Notes under the pieces: model-generated
Told to the model about the DNA's origin: nothing
The model's database searches: none
The model's input: the letters and a program-made list of their open reading frames with translations, nothing else
In this document: positions 47,051 to 54,622 of the stretch, one piece after another
Layout: every line of letters starts with the position of its first letter
How positions within the stretch are numbered: position 1 is the first letter of the stretch
DNA from: a virus
Taxonomy: Duplodnaviria > Caudoviricetes
Strand: one strand, 5' to 3'
Length of the DNA: 64,000 nt
Virus record (IMG/VR): IMGVR_UViG_3300028601_000022
Coordinates: 1 to 64,000 of that record
Translations under genes and position numbers: made by a program

Positions 47051-48835
47051 ATGAATGACTTTTTGACACCTTCCGAAATAGACCTTGTTCTTTTCTTTCA
47101 GGAAGAGGACTTGGATTTGAAGCCGACTGTTACGGCTGGCGTAAAGGATGCCTTCATAGACAGCAAGGCTCGCCCTATTCTCACCTACCTGTGCTGCACT
47201 GTTCCTTCCCTGCTGAAGTCTGCCTACGGTGTATCGGCAGATAATAACCTGGAGAAGAAACTCATTGGCACAAAAGCCAAGTATGACGTTCTCCTTGAGG
47301 AGTTCCTCGAAGGCTTGGAAGCCCTTAAGGTATCGAACATTGAAGCACTGCGCAATGTTCTTCCGTATACAAAGTACCCGTTCGGGCCGAATGCCTGGTT
47401 GAAGATTGAAAAGGTATTGCAAACCAATCAGGCTAAGATAAAGAAGCAGCTTTCCGTTTCTGGCTGGAACTACTTGCAGCACCTGCGCAATATTATTGCA
47501 GGCGAGGAGCTCGACGAAGATGACCTTACCTTCATCCAAACGAAGGCCCGGTTCATTCCTGACAAGCTCCTTGCCCGATACTTGCAGAGCCTTGAAACTG
47601 ACCCGAGCCGCGATGATGCTGCAAAAAGCTTGCAGGTTGCCCAGAAGTCCGAGGCATCAATCACAAAGAAGTATTTCAAGACCGCAGAGCCTAAGGCTGC
47701 TGACCTCAAGGCTATGCAGGAAAAGTTTCCTGAAAAGTACAAGGAATGGAAGAAAGCTACCAATGCAACCAAGAAGGCCGCAAAGTCTGCTGTTGTGGAA
47801 GCCTTCAAAAAGAACGGGTACAGCCTCGTTGACGTGAAGGTAGCCAAGAATGTCCTAAAAGACCTTAGCATACCTAACCCTATCGACCCCGGGTTTGTTG
47901 GTAAGGTTGGTCTTGGTGACACAAAGGCCAAGATGTTCCTTTACTATACAAAGGATGGTAAACTCCTGGACTCTGTTGTAGGCCAGAATGTGAAGATGAA
48001 TCCGAAGTATACGAAGGACAATGATACCTACTACTGCACCCACATGCCTGCAATCAATAGCGGCATACCGGTTAAGGTGTACACTGCGGAGCATCGGAAG
48101 AAGTCGGCACAAAAGCTGCACAACGGGGCGCGAGAGTCTGTAAACGGACTTGAGGACTTGCGCTCAACTCTTGCTTCCGATATAAAGCCTATCCTCAACG
48201 GCAAGTTTAATAATGTGGATGCTCTTGCAGCCCTGGTAATTCGAGTCATTGACGAAACAGCCGGGCGCATAGGTAACCCTGGTTCAGAGAAGAAGGCCAA
48301 CACCTTTGGTATCCATAACCTCAAGGTGAAACATGCCAAGAAAAGCAAGGGCGGTTTCCTGCTGAAGTACATCGGCAAAAAAGGCGTACCGCAGTCACAT
48401 AAGGTAGAAGATGCTATTTCGGTAAAGGCCATCACCAAGTTGATTGCTGACCGTTCCGCCTCCCAATACATCTTTTCTCGTGACGGTGAGCGTCCCCTTA
48501 GCCCTACTACGGTAGGCATGTATCTTAAGGGTACGGGATTCGGCGGTTCTCCTCACCGCTTCCGTAAAATCTGGGCTAACAAGATTTTCAATGAGCTTGC
48601 TTTTAAGGATGCCAAGAAGAAAATGACCAAGGCGCAGGCCAAGGAAATCTTCGATAAAGCGGTATCAGCCGTGGCGGCAAAGCTGGGTCAGACAGAGAAT
48701 AACACCTCTATCCGCTCCTATATCGACCCGCTTCTGATGAAGAAGTTCTGGGATACGGTAGGCTTCCCCGCACCAGCCGTTGTCCTGCGCGTTATTGAAA
48801 ACATGGGACTGCAAGACCCGGACAGTGACGACTAA
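47051..48835 (+). CDS. DNA topoisomerase IB with long N-terminal extension
   Basis: TAGRIGN (R), TFG, YIGKKG (K), HRFRKIWAN (R), LG...NT, IRSYIDP (catalytic Y). Confidence 0.88.
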   Translation: MNDFLTPSEIDLVLFFQEEDLDLKPTVTAGVKDAFIDSKARPILTYLCCTVPSLLKSAYGVSADNNLEKKLIGTKAKYDVLLEEFLEGLEALKVSNIEALRNVLPYTKYPFGPNAWLKIEKVLQTNQAKIKKQLSVSGWNYLQHLRNIIAGEELDEDDLTFIQTKARFIPDKLLARYLQSLETDPSRDDAAKSLQVAQKSEASITKKYFKTAEPKAADLKAMQEKFPEKYKEWKKATNATKKAAKSAVVEAFKKNGYSLVDVKVAKNVLKDLSIPNPIDPGFVGKVGLGDTKAKMFLYYTKDGKLLDSVVGQNVKMNPKYTKDNDTYYCTHMPAINSGIPVKVYTAEHRKKSAQKLHNGARESVNGLEDLRSTLASDIKPILNGKFNNVDALAALVIRVIDETAGRIGNPGSEKKANTFGIHNLKVKHAKKSKGGFLLKYIGKKGVPQSHKVEDAISVKAITKLIADRSASQYIFSRDGERPLSPTTVGMYLKGTGFGGSPHRFRKIWANKIFNELAFKDAKKKMTKAQAKEIFDKAVSAVAAKLGQTENNTSIRSYIDPLLMKKFWDTVGFPAPAVVLRVIENMGLQDPDSDD

Positions 48836-48857
48836 CAGATAAACCCTGGAGGTAGCC

Positions 48858-49235
48858 GTGAAAGAGTATAGACTCCTAAGGTTTACTCCGAGGAGAACGC
48901 TTACTTACAACAACCGTTGGTGCCGGCACGTTCTCCCAAAGCATACCCTCTTCTTCATACCTGTTGAAGAGGAACAGGTGATGGCTTGGCTGAACTTTCT
49001 TTGCACGAAGCACCACAAGACGGCACTGTACATCCACACTATAGTCCTCAGGGCGCGCACGGTAAGCACCAGGGTTCTTACAGTGTGGAAAGGTGTTCCA
49101 CTGGTAGAAGTAATGATTCGGGACAGGGATTACCACAAACGAATGAAGCACGGAACACAAAGAGTTCTAAAGGGAGCCGTTAAGCCTCCCACTATCGTGC
49201 GCAAGTTTTTGCAAGAAATAAGGCTACATCGGTAA
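48858..49235 (+). CDS. Basic hypothetical protein
   Basis: GGAGG RBS with GTG start. Confidence 0.6.
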   Translation: MKEYRLLRFTPRRTLTYNNRWCRHVLPKHTLFFIPVEEEQVMAWLNFLCTKHHKTALYIHTIVLRARTVSTRVLTVWKGVPLVEVMIRDRDYHKRMKHGTQRVLKGAVKPPTIVRKFLQEIRLHR

Positions 49236-49250
49236 GAATCTATACGCGCT

Positions 49251-49335
49251 GGAAATGTGCGGAAAAGGAAGCTCCTATGATACCCCAGGATACACCACAG
49301 GGTACCCGTAGGAGCTTCTTTTTGGGCAAATTTTC
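49251..49335 (+). repeat. Structured dispersed element, copy A (core inverted)
   Basis: GGAAAAGGAAGCTCCTA...TAGGAGCTTCTTTTTGGGC. Confidence 0.85.
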
Positions 49336-49441
49336 GTAAGACGTATCTTATTATACCCCAAAAATACCTTCATATAAAACAATAGGTTACATGATGCTCT
49401 TCCTGAGCCCTATTTTGCATGTATTTAGGGTAATTAGCCAC

Positions 49442-49476
49442 AAAAAAGCTGCCACAGTCAGAAGACCGGGCAGCTT
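49442..49476 (-). terminator. Terminator of the baseplate operon
   Basis: AAAAAAGCTGCC...GGCAGCTT. Confidence 0.65.
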
Positions 49477-49499
49477 AAACAAGCTAAACGCCGATGGAC

Positions 49500-49940
49500 T
49501 TACAGGTCCTTGGTAAGCTCAACGAGGGCAGTATCGTAGCCCGGGTAAGGGCGACCGTGCTTGCTGTTGGCCCAGGCGTCGCGCACAAGCTTGGTGCTAT
49601 TCTGGAGAGTCCAACCTTCAGGCATATTGTCATGCCCCATCACCTTATTGAACAGGAGAGCAATAGCAGCCTGCCCGTCTTTGCCTGTAAAGGAAGCGAC
49701 CGGCGTAGTCGGTTTAGCGGGTTTGGCAGCTTCGTGGGGCGTATCCAGGTCTTCAAGACCACCTTCGCTGGGCGTGCTGCCTTCAGCTGGCGCACCGTTC
49801 TGATTGCCTTCAGCAGGCGCATCGTTCTGGGTTTCGTCGGTTTCCGGGTTTTCCATGTTGGCCCATTCGGGCTGGTTTTCATCTAAGCCCGTGTTAGCTT
49901 CAGGCTGGCCCTTGGTGTCAGTCTTACGCGGTTTTGCCAT
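49500..49940 (-). CDS. Hypothetical protein with disordered acidic N-terminus
   Basis: GGAG RBS. Confidence 0.65.
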   Translation of the reverse strand: MAKPRKTDTKGQPEANTGLDENQPEWANMENPETDETQNDAPAEGNQNGAPAEGSTPSEGGLEDLDTPHEAAKPAKPTTPVASFTGKDGQAAIALLFNKVMGHDNMPEGWTLQNSTKLVRDAWANSKHGRPYPGYDTALVELTKDL

Positions 49941-49967
49941 GTCAATCTCCATAGAAGTTTTTGTGCC

Positions 49968-50603
49968 TTACAGGACGTAGCGCAAATCACCTAAACGAAT
50001 GAAGGTAATAACAACGCCTGCAGGCAGTTCACAGTTGAACTTGACGGTAGTGCTAGTGGACGTAGGATCACCAACCTCGTACCACGAAGGGGTTCCCAAT
50101 TCATCCTCAGCCGTTCCCTGCTCAATATACACACCGTCAAAGAAAGCAATCATAGACTTTCGGCCAATGTCGTATTCCATTATTTGGAGCGGAGCTCGGG
50201 CAGGTGTAGTCTGCGCCATTACAAGCTTGTAAGGCTCGTAAGTTACATCCTGCTTTACGCCACCCGAGCCGTCTGCCGGGTCAATGATTTCCTGTATATT
50301 CTGCTTAATCGCAGCCGCAAAGGACTCCGAAATGTTAGCCGATGTATCAGAGTCCCGAACAGGCAGACCTTGGCTAGCTATGTACTTTGCTATGCCAACT
50401 ACCACAAGGGACAATTGACGGAGCATCTTGTTGTAGGAAAGGGGGTCTGCAATAGAGCCAGTCAAGGCCCCGTCCTGGCGAATTGCAGAGTCTATGAACT
50501 CCTGCAGGGAAGGAAGATTTTTGTTGCCAACCTCTCCGTCAGGCATCCATTCTTGCATCTCCTGAATGCTACTCGGAGTAAGGGCTTTTCTTATGGTAGC
50601 CAT
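49968..50603 (-). CDS. Tail fibre-associated structural protein
   Basis: GSIA...YNKMLRQLS as in fibre N-termini; C-terminal domain similar to that of 50614..52095. Confidence 0.6.
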   Translation of the reverse strand: MATIRKALTPSSIQEMQEWMPDGEVGNKNLPSLQEFIDSAIRQDGALTGSIADPLSYNKMLRQLSLVVVGIAKYIASQGLPVRDSDTSANISESFAAAIKQNIQEIIDPADGSGGVKQDVTYEPYKLVMAQTTPARAPLQIMEYDIGRKSMIAFFDGVYIEQGTAEDELGTPSWYEVGDPTSTSTTVKFNCELPAGVVITFIRLGDLRYVL

Positions 50604-50613
50604 TATGACCTCC

Positions 50614-52095
50614 CTAGCTCAAAGTGGTGATGGTCATTCCTGCCGGAATTTCATCCCAGAACATAAACTTGGTGCTCGGGTCACCTGCAACGCCTATTTC
50701 AGCGTATTGGCCTAGGGAGTCATTGGTGTCACTTTTCGTGCAAAGAACGCCGTCCAGCCACACGGCAAAAGATGACCCTACGGTGTATTCAGGAACAGTG
50801 AGAACCGTCTGCGCAGGAACGACCGTCCAAAACACTTGGTCAAGGCGCGTGCCCTGCAAGCCGCCGGCTGTTGTAGCGCGGGTACTTTGTACCGTTACCT
50901 TCCAGTCCTCGGTGATGGAGTCGTAATAGAAGCTATACAGACCATAGGGCTTGTCCATCGTGAAGTAGTTGGCGGAGTTCTGAATGGTATGACCGTTGCC
51001 ATTGACCTTCGGCGGATTCTTTTTGAAGTTGCCGTTGCAGTCGATGAACGTAACCCGGTCACCGGCCGCTGGTGCAGCCGGAAGGTTAAGGCCGTATACG
51101 GGCGGATTATCCTCAGTAACGCTGGGGTCACCGGTCTTGATGAAGATAACATCGCCTATTTTGGCCGTAGTTTCACCAGGGGTATTGATGATAACCGTGC
51201 CGTTCTTGCCGATGTATTCAGTGTACAGCAGGGTAGTCTTTGTTTCGTCGTAGGCGTGTTCAAGGTCTGCATAGAAACGACCGCCTACGTCCACGCACCA
51301 GCTCTTGTGGTTAGGCCAATAGAGGAAGCGAACGGATGCACCCTTTTGGTTAATGACGAATTGGGCTGTGCGCTTGTCAATCTTGTGGTCAACTGATACC
51401 ACAGAGATTTCCTTTCCTTTTGTATCGCACTTCCAACCTACGTCAACAACCTCAACGCGGGAGCCCTGGCGAAGACCAGTTCTAGGAAGCTGAATAACAA
51501 CAGGGCCACCGGAAGAGTCAACGAAAAGAGTCTGGCCTTCCGATGCGACGTAGTTGTTGAAAACAACCGTAGGCTTACCGACGCCTGTAGCCAGGGCAGA
51601 CAGGTCAGGGTGGGCATTTGGGTCGTTGTTATGGTCTTCAAGCTCTTGTGCCTGCGTGTATTTGAATACAAACAGGTCAGTGAGATTGAGGTTCTGAATG
51701 TTAATCAAAATACGGAGCTTGGTAGACCCGGAGGGGTCATAGGAAGCAACGCCGTCAATACCGCAGATGCCGAGCATAAACTCGGTACCATCCGTTGTTT
51801 CTGCCATAAGGTAGATTTCACGGATATACATGAGGTCTGCGGCAACGCCAGGCGGTATGGTGCAGAGGAACTCAATGGTTTCCGCGGACTGCACAATGCG
51901 GCCAGAAATTGGGGCCTCATACCAGGTATCAAACCTGTCCAGCGTGGTTCGCGTGATGGCAATTTCGCCAATCACGTCCGATATGCAGAACTTCGTAGGG
52001 TATATATGCCAGCCACCATTGCTGGCCATACGAATGCAGTTTGCAAGGCCCTCTGAAGTCAAAAGACCTTTAAGAACCGAAGGGCTATCAGCCAT
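50614..52095 (-). CDS. Baseplate-attached tail fibre protein
   Basis: LLTSEG, YIREIYL, HNNDPNAHPD, two VD/LP..P..GD.V...D repeats. Confidence 0.75.
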   Translation of the reverse strand: MADSPSVLKGLLTSEGLANCIRMASNGGWHIYPTKFCISDVIGEIAITRTTLDRFDTWYEAPISGRIVQSAETIEFLCTIPPGVAADLMYIREIYLMAETTDGTEFMLGICGIDGVASYDPSGSTKLRILINIQNLNLTDLFVFKYTQAQELEDHNNDPNAHPDLSALATGVGKPTVVFNNYVASEGQTLFVDSSGGPVVIQLPRTGLRQGSRVEVVDVGWKCDTKGKEISVVSVDHKIDKRTAQFVINQKGASVRFLYWPNHKSWCVDVGGRFYADLEHAYDETKTTLLYTEYIGKNGTVIINTPGETTAKIGDVIFIKTGDPSVTEDNPPVYGLNLPAAPAAGDRVTFIDCNGNFKKNPPKVNGNGHTIQNSANYFTMDKPYGLYSFYYDSITEDWKVTVQSTRATTAGGLQGTRLDQVFWTVVPAQTVLTVPEYTVGSSFAVWLDGVLCTKSDTNDSLGQYAEIGVAGDPSTKFMFWDEIPAGMTITTLS

Positions 52096-52134
52096 GTTCG
52101 ACCTCCTCAATTATTAAGCAAAGCTCGAAGGAAC

Positions 52135-52398
52135 CTAATCCTCGAGTACCTTATTTTCGTCCAGCCCAGAGACCAAGGTCTTAACCAACTTAGTGAGGTC
52201 ATCCACCTGCTTTATGAGACCGGGCACCCTTGGGTCATTGCCATCTGATAAAGCCACAAAGTCCTGCATGTTCACCTTATAGGTCTTTCCACCTATTTCG
52301 ATGATTCCCCAGACGGTATTATCCGTATCAAGGAATATTTCTGGGTTACAGGTATCCAGTTCCTCAATAAGAACGATGCGAGAAAGTTCACCAGCCAT
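52135..52398 (-). CDS. Small structural hypothetical protein
   Basis: AAGGAG RBS. Confidence 0.65.
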   Translation of the reverse strand: MAGELSRIVLIEELDTCNPEIFLDTDNTVWGIIEIGGKTYKVNMQDFVALSDGNDPRVPGLIKQVDDLTKLVKTLVSGLDENKVLED

Positions 52399-52416
52399 AC
52401 ATAACTCCTTAGACCC

Positions 52417-53280
52417 TTAGTACGGGGTCACTTTCTGCACATAGATAAGGGCATAGTAGGGAGGCATCATGCCCTTGCCTTTTGCCGGGTCAGCATCGGT
52501 TGTATCCACAATGTCATGCGTATGACCGATACCCTTGCCAACTGGTGATGAATATACCCGATAGCCCTGTTCGGACTCTGTACCGATGTAGGTCTTTGCA
52601 GACGGCGGAGCACCGTAAGGCCACTTCTCTACGGCCAGGGCCTCGCCTGAGCCAGGCACCACGTGCCGATGCTTAGGAAGCTCGTCCTCGGTAAGAGCGT
52701 GTTCCTTTACAGCGAGCTTATCCGAAGTCCTGCTGCCACCGGCCTCATGAGGCGGCGTGTTAGGGCCAGCACAAATGATAAACTTGTCCTGTAAGTTGAC
52801 CGTTCCCTTTGTACCGTCACAGACGGCATAATGGGGATAGTCGATAAGAAACTGCGCAAGCTCCGCTTCGGTGCAGGAGATTGGCAGAATACCCCTTACA
52901 GGAACGCCGTGGTATGCAGCAGCATACGAATCAATCTGCGCCTGCATGCGTTCCAAGATAGGGGTTACAGCAGCCACTACCTGAACATTTATCATGTTAG
53001 ACAGGGCCGCAGTAAGACCGTCCTGTATCTCCTGGGCAGTAACGGTCTTCGATACATCGACACCATTGGCCGCAATTACATCGGTAAGTCCTTTCATGGA
53101 CGCCGACAACTGCTGCAATATGGTGTTCATAAGGGTGTTATCCGCGGGCTCGCCTGCAACAAAGCCTGACTTACGCCGAACATTGCTTTCGTAGGTTGCC
53201 GCATCCATCACAAGCTCAGGGTTTGTTATACCCTCAGCAAATGTAAGGAACGAGTTCACACCGGGTGTGACTTCAGCCAT
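52417..53280 (-). CDS. Short tail fibre / collar-domain protein
   Basis: YAVCDGTKGTVNLQDKFI, HALT..ELP.H.H, HTH, MPPYYAL.Y. Confidence 0.8.
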   Translation of the reverse strand: MAEVTPGVNSFLTFAEGITNPELVMDAATYESNVRRKSGFVAGEPADNTLMNTILQQLSASMKGLTDVIAANGVDVSKTVTAQEIQDGLTAALSNMINVQVVAAVTPILERMQAQIDSYAAAYHGVPVRGILPISCTEAELAQFLIDYPHYAVCDGTKGTVNLQDKFIICAGPNTPPHEAGGSRTSDKLAVKEHALTEDELPKHRHVVPGSGEALAVEKWPYGAPPSAKTYIGTESEQGYRVYSSPVGKGIGHTHDIVDTTDADPAKGKGMMPPYYALIYVQKVTPY

Positions 53281-53281
53281 C

Positions 53282-54622
53282 TTAGTCCTCCCGCTTATCT
53301 GCAACGGTTATAAATGCGAGAGCATCCGGGTCCGTTACGTCTGTACTGGCTACGATAGGAGTCCGGTTGCTTGTGTCATAGTTGTATTGAATCCACTGAC
53401 TTCCCCAGGTGCCGACGTCACCAAAGATAGACTTGAAGCCGAACACCTGACTAAGGAATGTATCGTGTTTGCCAAGAATAGGATGAACGACGGCGCTAAG
53501 GCTAAAGTCGTAGGACTTGTCCCGGTAGCCTCCTACACCGTGCATCATCATCAGACCGCTTTGGGCAGTAATGGAGTAGGAAGTATCTATGTAGCCGCCA
53601 ATAGTAGCGCCAAGCTTTATGAGGTCAACCGAATAGGCAACCTCAAAGTCCTGCATTACAGGGTAAACGTATTGGCGAGTAAAGTTAATGATTTTGTCAG
53701 CAAGGGAACCTGACGCCTTTGCAATGTCCAGGTTCACCCACAGCTTCCAGGTATCTGGAGTACCCTGAGGAGAAGATTCCCACCACTCTTCCCATCGCGC
53801 ATCGACACCAAGGAGTTCAAATACGAGGGAGAGGCCGGATTCATGACCTTTTAGGTAGTGAATCAGGGATATGTATTCCATGGTAGACTGCAACTCTTTT
53901 GAAGTCAGCCCCAGGAAGTCTGTAATGTAGTTATAACCAAATTCTGCCACGACCTCTTTAACCGAGGTAGACCGAAGGCGCACCTGGTCTGCATACTTGT
54001 AGGTAAGGTCGTCGAAGAAGGTTTCTTCATGCAACTTGAGGAAGTCCAGAATCTCAACAAGTTCCTGGAACATTGGCTCTTGAAGCCGCGCAGCCGGGAG
54101 AAGCTTTCCATAGGAAACGCGGCACTCCCAGATAACGGTATTGTCCGTTATGTATTCCCTTGGTGTTCTCGGCCAGTCAACATTGACCACAATCTTCTTC
54201 AGCCTGAAAACAAAGTACTGGTCTTCTGAACCATGCACTATGATTGGGCCAGCAGACGGGGACAGGAGAGCCCCTACTGTAACGTCCATTCGAGGGGACC
54301 AGGTCTTAGCAGCAAGGGCATCAGCCTGAGGCACCTCTTCTGGAACAAACTGCAACTGGTTGTCATAGGTGTAGGTACTAAGCAAATCCCAGGCAGGCTC
54401 GGTGAGAGAGGTCTTCCCGTATGTATCACCCTGCGTAACACCTGCAGTGGTAGCAACATACAGGTAGCCAGGATAGGTAGGGACATAGACGTAATCGTCC
54501 ACGTTGTATGCAGCACCAGACTGGTACTCACCGCGAAAGGTGTACTTAACACCAGTAGCCGTTGCCTGCAAGTTGCGCACGATACTTTCGGTTTCTGACG
54601 CGGATACAATAGGGCTAGCCAT
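53282..54622 (-). CDS. Baseplate wedge protein (P2 gpI-like) with CBM-like inserts
   Basis: IHYLKG...GL..VFELLG...EEWWE. Confidence 0.7.
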   Translation of the reverse strand: MASPIVSASETESIVRNLQATATGVKYTFRGEYQSGAAYNVDDYVYVPTYPGYLYVATTAGVTQGDTYGKTSLTEPAWDLLSTYTYDNQLQFVPEEVPQADALAAKTWSPRMDVTVGALLSPSAGPIIVHGSEDQYFVFRLKKIVVNVDWPRTPREYITDNTVIWECRVSYGKLLPAARLQEPMFQELVEILDFLKLHEETFFDDLTYKYADQVRLRSTSVKEVVAEFGYNYITDFLGLTSKELQSTMEYISLIHYLKGHESGLSLVFELLGVDARWEEWWESSPQGTPDTWKLWVNLDIAKASGSLADKIINFTRQYVYPVMQDFEVAYSVDLIKLGATIGGYIDTSYSITAQSGLMMMHGVGGYRDKSYDFSLSAVVHPILGKHDTFLSQVFGFKSIFGDVGTWGSQWIQYNYDTSNRTPIVASTDVTDPDALAFITVADKRED

